DNA of 64,000 nt, from assembly GCA_964427405.1 (NCBI GenBank), contig CAYRUB010000003.1, forward strand, positions 946 through 64,945, in the 5' to 3' direction. This document shows, one piece after another, positions 9,301 through 18,409 of the stretch; the first letter of the stretch is position 1, and the number at the start of each line of letters is the position of its first letter. The notes beneath the pieces were generated by a model, which was not told the origin of the DNA, searched no databases, and was given only the letters and a program-made list of their open reading frames with translations. Origin of the DNA: an uncultured Planctomycetales bacterium. Lineage in GTDB: Bacteria > Omnitrophota > Gorgyraeia > Gygaellales > Profunditerraquicolaceae. The position numbers and the translations under genes were made by a program.

Positions 9301-9804
9301 TTAAAACTCAATTCCCCGGCGCGCCTTGACTCCTTTAGTATAATAATGCTTAACTTCCTTTACCTGGCTCACCAAGTCTGCTGATTTTATCACCTTGAGA
9401 TGGGCATCGCGGCCGGTGAGTATCAGCTCTATATTTTTAGGAGTAGCTTTAATCAGCTTAAGCACATCGCTTAAGGGAATTAATCCCAACTTCACAGCGA
9501 TATTGATTTCATCCAAAATAACCACCTGATGTTTTCCGGCGGCAACAACATCCTTGGCCTTTTTGAAACCCTCCCGGGAAATTTGAATATCGATTTTTTC
9601 AGGCGCTTTTTTTATGAAACAGCGGCGGCCAAACTGTTCCACCTTGATATTATTAATCTTCTTAAGCGCTTTGATTTCACTATAACAACGGCCCTTGACA
9701 AACTGCCCGATATAAACATTCAGCCCGGCTCCGGCTGCTCGCAAAGCCAGCCCAAAAGCAGCTGTGGTTTTACCTTTTCCGTTACCTGTATAAACCTGAA
9801 TCAT
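9301..9804 (-). CDS. cobO: Cob(I)yrinic acid a,c-diamide adenosyltransferase (CobO/BtuR)
   Basis: MIQVYTGNGKGKTTAAFG, QFVKG, LDEI, LTGR and ARRGIEF motifs. Start reassigned to ATG 9804, which forms an ATGA overlap with the upstream stop. Confidence 0.93.
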   Translation of the reverse strand: MIQVYTGNGKGKTTAAFGLALRAAGAGLNVYIGQFVKGRCYSEIKALKKINNIKVEQFGRRCFIKKAPEKIDIQISREGFKKAKDVVAAGKHQVVILDEINIAVKLGLIPLSDVLKLIKATPKNIELILTGRDAHLKVIKSADLVSQVKEVKHYYTKGVKARRGIEF

Positions 9805-10298
9805 CCTGCCACCGCCTTCCAACTCAACAAGCCTAATGCGCATAATGCCGAAACAATCAGCCCCGCACAAATCACCCCGGCAATAATCGCTAAAAAAGCA
9901 TAACGAAAACGGATTTTAAATAATGACGCCGCAATCACTCCGCTCCATGCGCCGGTCATCGGCAGCGGTATCGCCACAAAAATTGCCAGCCCTAAAGCCT
10001 CATATTTCTGGATGGCATCCGAATTCTTTCTAGTGCGTTCAAAAACCCAATCAAAGAATCGCGACCAAATCTTAAATTTCCGTAAAAACCCGGTAATCGG
10101 CTTAAAGAGGAAAAGCGCGGGAGCCACGATAATACAATTACCTAATACGGAAAGCCAAAAAGCTTTGGATAAACTCATCCCGAATGACAATGCCAAAGGT
10201 ATTGCCCCTCTCAATTCCGAGATAGGCAAAGCACCCACAATCATCACCACATAATCTTTAGGCAGTTCTTTTAAATACTGTAAAATAGCATTAAGCAT
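9801..10298 (-). CDS. COG2426 / small multi-drug export family membrane protein
   Basis: LPISELRGAIP and FVAIPLPMTGAWSG motifs. Confidence 0.8.
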   Translation of the reverse strand: MLNAILQYLKELPKDYVVMIVGALPISELRGAIPLALSFGMSLSKAFWLSVLGNCIIVAPALFLFKPITGFLRKFKIWSRFFDWVFERTRKNSDAIQKYEALGLAIFVAIPLPMTGAWSGVIAASLFKIRFRYAFLAIIAGVICAGLIVSALCALGLLSWKAVAG

Positions 10299-10968
10299 GT
10301 TTAAAACTCCTGAAAAATTCCAAAACCATAAAACGCAAGAATCTTAAAGTATCAACAAAAGGATTAATCTGGCTCTTCTGGCCGGAATAAATAGTCTTAA
10401 CCGGCACAGATTCAATCTTAAATCCTAAGCGCGCCGCTTTAATTAAAATTTCAGACTCAGTCTCATATTTAGAAGTAGATAGATTCATTTTCTGGAGCAC
10501 TTCTTTTTTAACCAAGCGGAATCCGCATTGAGTATCAGGTATACGCTGTTTGGCAACCGCGGAAATTATTTTCGACATAAAGCGGTTAGTGGCAATGCGC
10601 AAAACTGGCATCCCTTTAGTCATCGCCATACGGTTACCGATAATAACTCCGCAGTTTGAAGATTCTGCTTTCTGAATAAAAACCTTAATATCATCCGCCG
10701 AATGCTGGCCATCCCCATCCATACTAATCACCGCATCAAAACCCTGTGAAACTGCAAATGCATACCCTTTAATTAAAGATGCGCCTTTTCCGGTGTTCGA
10801 TTTGTTACATAAAACCTCTGCGCCGGCCTCCAGGGCAATTTTCACAGTATCATCACTCGAGCCATCGTCTATTATGATCGCCTTCAACCCTAATTTATGC
10901 AACTGATTAATCAAACCGGCGATCGCCTTAGATTCATTATAAGTTGGGATAATCACACAAGTGCGCAT
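10291..10968 (-). CDS. Family 2 glycosyltransferase (DPM-synthase-like)
   Basis: IIPTYNE, DDGSSD, MDGDGQH and DTQCGFR motifs; start reassigned to ATG 10968. Confidence 0.88.
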   Translation of the reverse strand: MRTCVIIPTYNESKAIAGLINQLHKLGLKAIIIDDGSSDDTVKIALEAGAEVLCNKSNTGKGASLIKGYAFAVSQGFDAVISMDGDGQHSADDIKVFIQKAESSNCGVIIGNRMAMTKGMPVLRIATNRFMSKIISAVAKQRIPDTQCGFRLVKKEVLQKMNLSTSKYETESEILIKAARLGFKIESVPVKTIYSGQKSQINPFVDTLRFLRFMVLEFFRSFKHA

Positions 10969-10970
10969 AA

Positions 10971-11828
10971 TTATTCGGCCCAAAACCTGCGGAAGACATA
11001 CCATTGATCAGGGTATCTGCGTATATAATCTTCAACCACCTTATTGTAAACCTTAATCAAATTTGATAAATCTTTTACCTTATCCCCGGTAGGAGAAAAC
11101 TCAATTGGTTTCTCTATGCTTAAAGTAAAACTATCGTCGGGATTTCTAAGCATGAAACCCGGAATGATACTGGCTCCGGTCATCAGGCTTAAGGCTGCCG
11201 GCCCTTCAGGAAGATGTGTGGGCTTGTTGAAAAAATCTATAACAATTCCTTTCTCGGTAAAATCCCGATCCCCTACTAAAGCAACCATATGATTATTCCT
11301 GAGCTCCGAAATACAGCTTCTCACGGCCTTGCCCATGGCGATAACATTAACTCCTTTTTGCGCCCTCTGGGCAACAAAAAAATCATTAACTTTTTTATTT
11401 TTATGCGGCAGGGCTACAGCCCAAAAGGGATAACCTAGCAAAGCCAGGACCACTCCACCTAACTCCCAATTACCCAAATGAGCGGTCAGAACAACCACTC
11501 CCTTGCCGGATTTCAGGGCCTGGTCAAAATAATGCAAATTCTCTAATTTTATATTTTTATCAATGTAGCCGCGGTTGAGCTTTTCAAAACGGAAGAAATC
11601 CGCCAGGTATTTGGCAAAATTCCTAAAAACCAGCTTACTTATTTTTCGTAACTCTCTATTTTCTTTCTCTGGGAAAATAACCTTCAGATTGGCTTTTACA
11701 AATCTCCTGTCGCGAAAGGCAAGGAAGTAATGCAGGTCAGCTAAAAAAACCGCGATGCCATAAACTAATCTATTTGGCAAAGATAAAGCGATAAATTGAC
11801 CGAAACGGTAAATATAATAATTTAACAC
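10971..11828 (-). CDS. Lysophospholipid acyltransferase family protein (LpxL/HtrB- or PatA-like)
   Basis: TAHLGNWEL catalytic motif, LVGDRD and YPDQW. Confidence 0.85.
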   Translation of the reverse strand: MLNYYIYRFGQFIALSLPNRLVYGIAVFLADLHYFLAFRDRRFVKANLKVIFPEKENRELRKISKLVFRNFAKYLADFFRFEKLNRGYIDKNIKLENLHYFDQALKSGKGVVVLTAHLGNWELGGVVLALLGYPFWAVALPHKNKKVNDFFVAQRAQKGVNVIAMGKAVRSCISELRNNHMVALVGDRDFTEKGIVIDFFNKPTHLPEGPAALSLMTGASIIPGFMLRNPDDSFTLSIEKPIEFSPTGDKVKDLSNLIKVYNKVVEDYIRRYPDQWYVFRRFWAE

Positions 11829-11873
11829 GATTTATGGCTTTGCCCAGCGAGAGGCAAACCATTGTCCTCCGAC

Positions 11874-12989
11874 TTATATACTCAAAAGAAGTTTGGCAAT
11901 ATCCATGCTGGCGTTAGGTTTAGCGATCTCTGCCGCCGCAAGTTTCAGTTGACCTATTTTTATTTTATCTTCTAATAATTCGTCAATAACCTGATACACC
12001 TCTTTAGGGTCATCCACTTTAATCGCTGCGCCCTTATAGGTCAAGAAATTAGTATTGTTGATTTCTTGTCCGGGAATTGGCTTTACAATAACCATAGGCA
12101 AGTTCGCGCTTAATACCTCTGCGGTGGTTACCCCCCCGGGCTTAGAAATAATCACTTTAGAGATATACATTAATTCATGGATATTCTGCACGAAACCAAA
12201 AAGATGAATCTCTTTTTTGTAATGTTTGATCCTGCGCTTTAGGCTACGATATAGTTTTTTATTAATTCCAGTAATAATTAACTCCTGGATATTCTGGTTG
12301 GTTTTTTCAAGCGATTTAACTATAGTCTTAATCGGCCCCAACCCCTGGCCTCCCCCCATAATTAATACTACCGGCTTATGCGGATTAAGATTTAATTTTT
12401 TAAAAATCTCTTCACTATCTAACTTCTGATTAAACTTATGATCAAAAGGTATCCCGAATGACTTAATCTTAGCAGGGATAACCCCTTTCTTTGCCAGGCG
12501 CTCTGAGACATCTTCCGAAGGGGTTATATAATAATCCACTGCATCATAAACCCAATAGGAGTGCGGGATATAATCCGTAAGCACCGCCACCAAAGGCAGG
12601 CTTGATTTATAAGTCTTCTTAAAATCGGCGACCATCCCGCAGGGAAACGCCTGGGTACAGACCACCAAATCCGGATTAAATTTATCAAAAAGTTTCTTAA
12701 GCTTGGGTGAATTTGATTTATGTACGCTATTTTTTATTCTTTCAAGCCCCTTGACTACGCTGGGATTATCATAAAGGTAGTCCCAGACTTTAGGGGTATG
12801 CTTAATTACTTCCATATAAATCCGGTTAATTACCTTCTCCGATATGGGATTGGTATAATTAAAAGCATTGATATTTAAAATCTCGCACTTTGGCGAAAGT
12901 GCCTTAAGCGCCTTTTCAATAGCCAGAGTGGCGCTGCGATGGCCGGAGACCTCAGATATATACATTAAAATTATACGTTTAGGCTTCAT
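11874..12989 (-). CDS. UgtP/MGDG-synthase-like diacylglycerol glycosyltransferase (GT28)
   Basis: SGH, VLTDY..HSYW, GIP, MGGGQGLG, KPGGVT and PIPGQE..N motifs. Confidence 0.85.
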   Translation of the reverse strand: MKPKRIILMYISEVSGHRSATLAIEKALKALSPKCEILNINAFNYTNPISEKVINRIYMEVIKHTPKVWDYLYDNPSVVKGLERIKNSVHKSNSPKLKKLFDKFNPDLVVCTQAFPCGMVADFKKTYKSSLPLVAVLTDYIPHSYWVYDAVDYYITPSEDVSERLAKKGVIPAKIKSFGIPFDHKFNQKLDSEEIFKKLNLNPHKPVVLIMGGGQGLGPIKTIVKSLEKTNQNIQELIITGINKKLYRSLKRRIKHYKKEIHLFGFVQNIHELMYISKVIISKPGGVTTAEVLSANLPMVIVKPIPGQEINNTNFLTYKGAAIKVDDPKEVYQVIDELLEDKIKIGQLKLAAAEIAKPNASMDIAKLLLSI

Positions 12990-12997
12990 AATAAGAA

Positions 12998-14164
12998 TTA
13001 AATCCTGCCTTCCTTGCAGAGCTCCAGAAAAGTATCGGCAATACGCGGGCAGAACTGCCGGCCGCTTAAATGCCCAATCTCATTGACAACATCATCCTTA
13101 GGCAGGGCCAGGCGGTATGGACGGTCAGTACTCATGGCATCAAAAGAATCCGCTACAGAAATTATAGAAGCAATTAAAGGTATGCGGTCTCCTTTTAAAC
13201 CATCGGGATATCCTTTACCATCAAACCGCTCATGATGATACCTGACTCCCAGCATGGAACCTTCCAGCTCCTTAATCGGCTTAAGGATATTAACTCCAAT
13301 CATAGGGTGTTCTTTAATACGGTTTCGCTCGCCTATGGTAAGCTCATGCCTTTTATTTAAGATATGCTCCGGTACGCCGATCTTACCGATATCATGTAAA
13401 AGACTGGCAATATGCAAATTCTCTAAAAACTTGGCGTCAAAATCTTTTTTACTCTTCTGTCCGATTCTGCGGGCAATTTCCAAGCTTAAATTAGTTACCC
13501 GAGTAGTATGCCCATGGGTATAATGATCTTTGGCTTCAATAGCCGCAGCCAAGGCGATGGTTGTGCGCACAAACAACTGATGCTTACGGTCTAACTCAAT
13601 GCCTAACTCCTTAAACAACTGGGCATTTCTGACCGCCATTGTCACATTGGAATTAAGAGCGACAAAAAAATCTAATTCTTCATCAATGAAATTCCTGCCG
13701 TTATCCTTCCTCCCTAACAATAAAATTCCCAGTAATTCATCGCGGAAATAGCTGGGTATACAAACCACAGATTCCAAAAGCTCCATTTGATACAAGACAT
13801 GAGCTAACTGCTGCTTAACTTCCTGTTTTATTTTAGAACTTTTCAGCGCGGACTTTGCTTCACTGTGAAGCAGCGCTTCCCTGCCAAATATAAAACGGCT
13901 CATATGAGACCTGAAAAAACGGATCAATACATCGTCTTTATCAATACGCACCAAATCTAAGGGAATCTTCTTGCCTAATGAGCCCTTGGAAACAGTAAGC
14001 GCATAACCTTCTTTTGCTTTATCATGCAAAAAGAAACTGGCGTGGGCAATCTTGGCTTTACTGACCATCATGCGCACCATCATTTTGATCAAAAGATCAG
14101 GATCGTGCACAAAGATCATGTTTTTGGCCGCGGTTTGAAGTTCTTTCCTATAATCAATCGCCAT
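12998..14164 (-). CDS. GAF-like + HD-GYP domain protein (putative cyclic di-nucleotide phosphodiesterase)
   Basis: EAKDHYTHGH, LLHDIGKIG, HHERFDGKGYPDGL, VADSFDAM and RPYR motifs, with an N-terminal GAF-like region. Confidence 0.9.
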   Translation of the reverse strand: MAIDYRKELQTAAKNMIFVHDPDLLIKMMVRMMVSKAKIAHASFFLHDKAKEGYALTVSKGSLGKKIPLDLVRIDKDDVLIRFFRSHMSRFIFGREALLHSEAKSALKSSKIKQEVKQQLAHVLYQMELLESVVCIPSYFRDELLGILLLGRKDNGRNFIDEELDFFVALNSNVTMAVRNAQLFKELGIELDRKHQLFVRTTIALAAAIEAKDHYTHGHTTRVTNLSLEIARRIGQKSKKDFDAKFLENLHIASLLHDIGKIGVPEHILNKRHELTIGERNRIKEHPMIGVNILKPIKELEGSMLGVRYHHERFDGKGYPDGLKGDRIPLIASIISVADSFDAMSTDRPYRLALPKDDVVNEIGHLSGRQFCPRIADTFLELCKEGRI

Positions 14165-14208
14165 ATTTTTTAATTTATATTTATATATTTAATATAGATA
14201 TAGATATA

Positions 14209-14237
14209 CTTATACTAGAAAAACCAAGGGTTGTCAA
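14209..14237 (-). promoter_or_regulatory. Sigma70-type promoter for the HD-GYP/glycolipid block
   Basis: TTGACA-N17-TATAAG followed by an AT-rich leader. Confidence 0.55.
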
Positions 14238-14251
14238 GGCGGGCACGAACC

Positions 14252-14500
14252 TTACTCTTCATTTATAACAGCCAATATCTGGCCAACTTCCACGCTATCT
14301 CCTTCACTATACATTATCTCAGAGATTACCCCTGTACAAGGGCTGGGCAAATTAAAGGTAGCCTTATCAGTAACCAACTCAACCAAATCATCCTTCTCTT
14401 TTATCCTCTCACCATCTTTAGCAAACCAATACGAAACAGTCGCTTTAGTGATCCCTTCACCTAATTCCGGCAAAACGACTTTTACCATATTATCCTCCAT
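14252..14500 (-). CDS. Stand-alone lipoyl-domain protein
   Basis: 82 aa, VVLPELGEGI...ELVTDKATFNLPSP...GDSVEVGQIL: an E2-type lipoyl domain with the DKA lysine and no other domain. Confidence 0.88.
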   Translation of the reverse strand: MEDNMVKVVLPELGEGITKATVSYWFAKDGERIKEKDDLVELVTDKATFNLPSPCTGVISEIMYSEGDSVEVGQILAVINEE

Positions 14501-14512
14501 CTATTTTCCAGC

Positions 14513-15805
14513 TCATTTAATTGCTTCACTCAGAGATTCTGAAAGCGTTGGATGTGCGAAAATAATCGCGCGGATCTGGCCGACTTTTAGATGCGCCGAG
14601 ACAGCCATAGTCAAAATAGCGATAAGTTCCGTAGCTTTCGGGCCAATTATACACCCGCCGATTACCTCTTCAGTATCCGGATTAGAAAGAATCTTGATAA
14701 ACCCTTCAGGCTCATCAATAATACGCGCCATTGACGAAGCGCGGAAATCAAATTTATGCACCTTAACCGCAAGGCCGGCGGCAACAGCCTTCTCTTCATT
14801 TAAGCCGACGCTGGAAATTTCAGGATCGCAAAATACGCAGGCAGGCACAACAGAATTATCCGCTTTATATTTATTATCTGAAATCATATTCTCAACCGCT
14901 TTAACCCCCTGATAAGCCGCATAGTGGGCAAGCATGACTTTTGTAGTACAATCTCCTGCCGCATATATATTGGCTACGCTAGTCCTGAGATAATCATCAA
15001 CAGCTATGCCTTTTTTCTCCAGTTTTATCCCTAAATTTTCCAGGCCTAAACCAGCAATATTAGGCTCCCTGCCTACACAAACCAAAATCTTTTCATAAAT
15101 ATTTAAATCAACAGCCGATAGATCCGCGTCAGTGTAAACCTTGATCCCTTTTTTCTTAAAAATAACCTCGATTTTTCTCGCTACTTCCTTATCCTCTCCG
15201 GGCAAAAGCATGGATAATTTCTCCAGGATAGAAACCTCAGCGCCTAAAGTTGAAAATAAACTGGCAAACTCACAACCAATAACTCCGCCTCCGATAATTA
15301 ACAAAGATCGCGGGACAAACGGCAGCGAGAGTATCTCGTCGCTGGAAATTATTTTAAGTGCATCAAATTTTAGCTGGGCCAGCTCAACAGGCCGGCTTCC
15401 GGTAGAAATAAGTATGAACTTGGCAGAGACTATTCGGCCATCAACCTTTATTTCATGCCCTGAAATAATCTCCGCGGCTGATTTTATAAAATCAATTTCC
15501 CCAAGCCTGCTTTGCATGCCCTGCGCCAGATCCCAGATAAGCTTATTTTTTCTTTCTTGAATTTTACTGAAGTTAAAGCGAGGATTATCCGACTCAATAC
15601 CAAAACCGGATGATTTTTTGATGAGTGAGTATATTTTTGCGCAGGCGATTAACGCCTTGGTAGGTATACAGCCGCGGTTTAAGCAAGTCCCGCCGATTTG
15701 TCCGGATTCAATAAGGCAAACCTTTAAACCTGAATCTCTTGCCCTTAAGGCAGCATTAAAACCTGCCCAGCCTGCTCCAATAACAGCTAGATCATACATA
15801 GGCAT
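14513..15805 (-). CDS. lpdA: Dihydrolipoamide dehydrogenase (E3)
   Basis: GAGWAG, GGTCLNRGCIPTK, GGGVIGCE, MLAH and HPTLSE motifs. Confidence 0.9.
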   Translation of the reverse strand: MPMYDLAVIGAGWAGFNAALRARDSGLKVCLIESGQIGGTCLNRGCIPTKALIACAKIYSLIKKSSGFGIESDNPRFNFSKIQERKNKLIWDLAQGMQSRLGEIDFIKSAAEIISGHEIKVDGRIVSAKFILISTGSRPVELAQLKFDALKIISSDEILSLPFVPRSLLIIGGGVIGCEFASLFSTLGAEVSILEKLSMLLPGEDKEVARKIEVIFKKKGIKVYTDADLSAVDLNIYEKILVCVGREPNIAGLGLENLGIKLEKKGIAVDDYLRTSVANIYAAGDCTTKVMLAHYAAYQGVKAVENMISDNKYKADNSVVPACVFCDPEISSVGLNEEKAVAAGLAVKVHKFDFRASSMARIIDEPEGFIKILSNPDTEEVIGGCIIGPKATELIAILTMAVSAHLKVGQIRAIIFAHPTLSESLSEAIK

Positions 15806-15809
15806 GGAT

Positions 15810-16730
15810 TTAAGCCAATAGTTGCGCTGCTGCCTGGGCCACCAGCATAGCTGATTTGTTCAGCTTAGCCTTTTCTTCCCGCGAAAGCTCTAATTCAACA
15901 ACCTGCTCTATACCATCCTTACCCAGGCGGCAAGAAACACCGATACAGGTATCTTTAATACCATATTCACCATTTAAATAACTGCATAAACCAATAACAC
16001 GCTTTTCATCTTTTACTACAGCTCTAACAATCGCGGCAATTGCCGCTGAAGGAGCAAAGAACGCGCTTCCCGTACCAAGATTAGCAACAATCTCAGCCCC
16101 TCTACCGACTGTACGGCTGACTAGCGACTTAATTTTATCTTCATCCATAAATTCATCCAGCAGCACACCTTTGACTTTCGTAAAACCAGCTAGTGGCATC
16201 ATACCCTCACCATGCGCGCCAATCACCAAGGCCTCAATATCGGTACACATTAAACCTAAATCCTGCGCTATTAAATTAGCGAAACGGGCAGTATCCAAAC
16301 TAATCCCCATACCAAAGAGTTTTTGAGGCTTAAAACCGGTTACCTTTAAAGCATAAAGCGTCATAATATCCAAGGGATTAGTCACTATTATAACAATAGC
16401 ATCTTTGGCTAACTCTTTTACATTTAAGCATACATCTTTTAAGATCTGGGCATTCTTGGCTAACAATTCTTCGCGGCTCATACCGGGTTTACGCGCAAGG
16501 CCGGCGGTAACCACCACGATATCCGAACCTTTAACTTGCCGGATATCGTCGCTGCCTTTAATATTATAGTTGTATTTTAGTATCGCCCGGGCATCCTCTA
16601 AATCCAGAGCCTTGCCGTTTGCTAACCCCCTTACTACATCTATCAGCAAAACATCGCCCAATCCATCGCCGGCGATGCGCATTGCAGTTAAACTCCCGAC
16701 ATTTCCCGCCCCAATAACAGAGATCTTCAA
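15810..16730 (-). CDS. mdh: Malate dehydrogenase (LDH-like)
   Basis: GAGNVG, TAGLARKPGMSR, VTNPLD, LDTARF and GAHG motifs. Confidence 0.92.
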   Translation of the reverse strand: MKISVIGAGNVGSLTAMRIAGDGLGDVLLIDVVRGLANGKALDLEDARAILKYNYNIKGSDDIRQVKGSDIVVVTAGLARKPGMSREELLAKNAQILKDVCLNVKELAKDAIVIIVTNPLDIMTLYALKVTGFKPQKLFGMGISLDTARFANLIAQDLGLMCTDIEALVIGAHGEGMMPLAGFTKVKGVLLDEFMDEDKIKSLVSRTVGRGAEIVANLGTGSAFFAPSAAIAAIVRAVVKDEKRVIGLCSYLNGEYGIKDTCIGVSCRLGKDGIEQVVELELSREEKAKLNKSAMLVAQAAAQLLA

Positions 16731-16749
16731 CCTTACACCTTTCTCAGGA

Positions 16750-17835
16750 TTAACGTTTTATCTTCTTAATAATTGCATCCGCCATTTCTTTGGTCCCAAC
16801 AGCGGTTGGATCAAGCGGATCGGCTTTTAAATCGTATGTCAACGATTTTCCTTCAGCAAGAACATCTTTTACGGCATTTTCCAAAGCATCTGCCGCCCTA
16901 TCCTCTTTAATATGGCGTAACATCAGCACGCCCGATAAAATCATCGCCATGGGATTAACCTTATTTTGCCCCTTATATTTCGGAGCGGATCCATGCACTG
17001 CTTCAAAAACCGCGCAGTCAGTTCCGATATTTGCTCCGGGAGCAACACCTAAGCCTCCAACTAACCCGGCGCAAAGATCAGAAAGAATATCACCATAAAG
17101 ATTAGGCAATAGTAAAACATCGTATTTATGCGGCTTGACCACCAGCTGCATAGACATATTATCAACAATCGCTTCTTCAAAAATTATCCTGCCGGCATAT
17201 TCCTGGGCAACCTCCCTGGCTACCCTTAAGAATAACCCGTCGGTAAACTTCATAATATTCGCTTTATGCACACAGGTAACTTTTTTACGTTTGTTCTTCA
17301 AAGAATACTCAAAGGCAAATCTCGCTATTCGCTCCGAAGCAAATCTAGATATAGGTTTTATACTTATCCCGGAATCCGGGCGGATATCTTTCTTTGTGTC
17401 TTTTTTTATTTGATTAATCAAGGCTTTAGTCTCGGGCTTTCCTTCTTCAAACTCTACCCCCATATAAAGGTCTTCGCTATTCTCCCTGATAATAACCAGG
17501 TCAATATCATTAAACCTGCTTTTGATCCCGGCATAGCTTTTTGCCGGACGCACGCAGGCAAAAAGCTCCAGAGCCTGCCTGATAGCTACGTTTACCGAAC
17601 GAAATCCGGTACCGATAGGCGTAGTAATCGGCCCCTTAAGCGCAACCTTGTTTTTCCTTATGGAATCTAAAGCAGACTGCGGCAGAATCTCACCGGTTTT
17701 CTCAAGCGCCTCGGTTCCAGCAAGCGCCTCTTCCCATTTGATATCTACGCCCGTAGCCTCAATGCACCTGAGCGCAGCCTGAGAAACTTCACGGCCAATA
17801 CCATCACCAGGAATCAAAGTTATTTTATGCGCCAT
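16750..17835 (-). CDS. icd: Isocitrate dehydrogenase (IDH/IPMDH family)
   Basis: [26 protein letters not shown] (S-x-N isocitrate-type loop), [16 protein letters not shown] and EAVHGSAP motifs. Confidence 0.82.
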   Translation of the reverse strand: MAHKITLIPGDGIGREVSQAALRCIEATGVDIKWEEALAGTEALEKTGEILPQSALDSIRKNKVALKGPITTPIGTGFRSVNVAIRQALELFACVRPAKSYAGIKSRFNDIDLVIIRENSEDLYMGVEFEEGKPETKALINQIKKDTKKDIRPDSGISIKPISRFASERIARFAFEYSLKNKRKKVTCVHKANIMKFTDGLFLRVAREVAQEYAGRIIFEEAIVDNMSMQLVVKPHKYDVLLLPNLYGDILSDLCAGLVGGLGVAPGANIGTDCAVFEAVHGSAPKYKGQNKVNPMAMILSGVLMLRHIKEDRAADALENAVKDVLAEGKSLTYDLKADPLDPTAVGTKEMADAIIKKIKR

Positions 17836-18336
17836 TTAGATTTTAAGTTCTCCGTATTTCTTATAATAATTTACAATTCCGCCTTCGGCCAAAAGATCCT
17901 GCATGAATTTAGGCAAAGGCTTAATCTTTAAATCTATACCTTTAGTAAGATTCCTTACCAATCCGTTATCCAAATCAATCTGAAGCTGGTCTGACTCATC
18001 AATCTTAGAAGTATCTGTTTCAATCAGGGGCAGGCCGATATTAAAACTATTGCGGAAAAATATACGCGCAAATTGAGATGAAATAACCGCCACAATCCCG
18101 GCCTCTTTAATTACTAAAGGAGCCTGCTCACGGCTGGATCCCATGCCAAAATTATTTCCGGCAACGATAATAGACTGCCCCCGGGTAATCTTCTGAGGAA
18201 AATTCGGGTCAATATCCTCCATAATATGTTTTGCCAACTCGGACATATCCGTAATCGCAAACTTATACCTTCCGGAAATAATAAAATCCGTGTTGATATT
18301 GTCGCCTAATTTTACGCTTTTCCCCGCTATAATCAT
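17836..18336 (-). CDS. Aconitase-family small (swivel) subunit, LeuD/HacB-like
   Basis: GDNINTDFII, NFGMGSSREQA and FARIFFRN motifs; substrate loop GRYKF. Confidence 0.88.
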   Translation of the reverse strand: MIIAGKSVKLGDNINTDFIISGRYKFAITDMSELAKHIMEDIDPNFPQKITRGQSIIVAGNNFGMGSSREQAPLVIKEAGIVAVISSQFARIFFRNSFNIGLPLIETDTSKIDESDQLQIDLDNGLVRNLTKGIDLKIKPLPKFMQDLLAEGGIVNYYKKYGELKI

Positions 18337-18350
18337 ATAAGTTTTAATAC

Positions 18351-18408
18351 AAGATTGAGCACCTTAATCTTTTGTCTAACGAAATCCTTGCGAACAAAGT
18401 GAGCAAGG
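18351..18408. repeat. Hairpin repeat family B, copy 1
   Basis: AAGATTgagcaccttAATCTT...gaaatCCTTGCgaacaaagtgaGCAAGG; similar to 23521-23576 and, inverted, to 49221-49257. Confidence 0.7.
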
Positions 18409-18409
18409 G

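Noticed and set aside
11834-11862. Small hairpin TTTGCC-cagcgaga-GGCAAA between the GT28 and acyltransferase genes
   Set aside because: Single short hairpin with only vague similarity to 30179-30193; too weak to assign to a family.
14165-14215. AT-rich ATATAG/TTATAT micro-repeats upstream of HD-GYP
   Set aside because: Low-complexity promoter/leader DNA; no defined operator can be supported.
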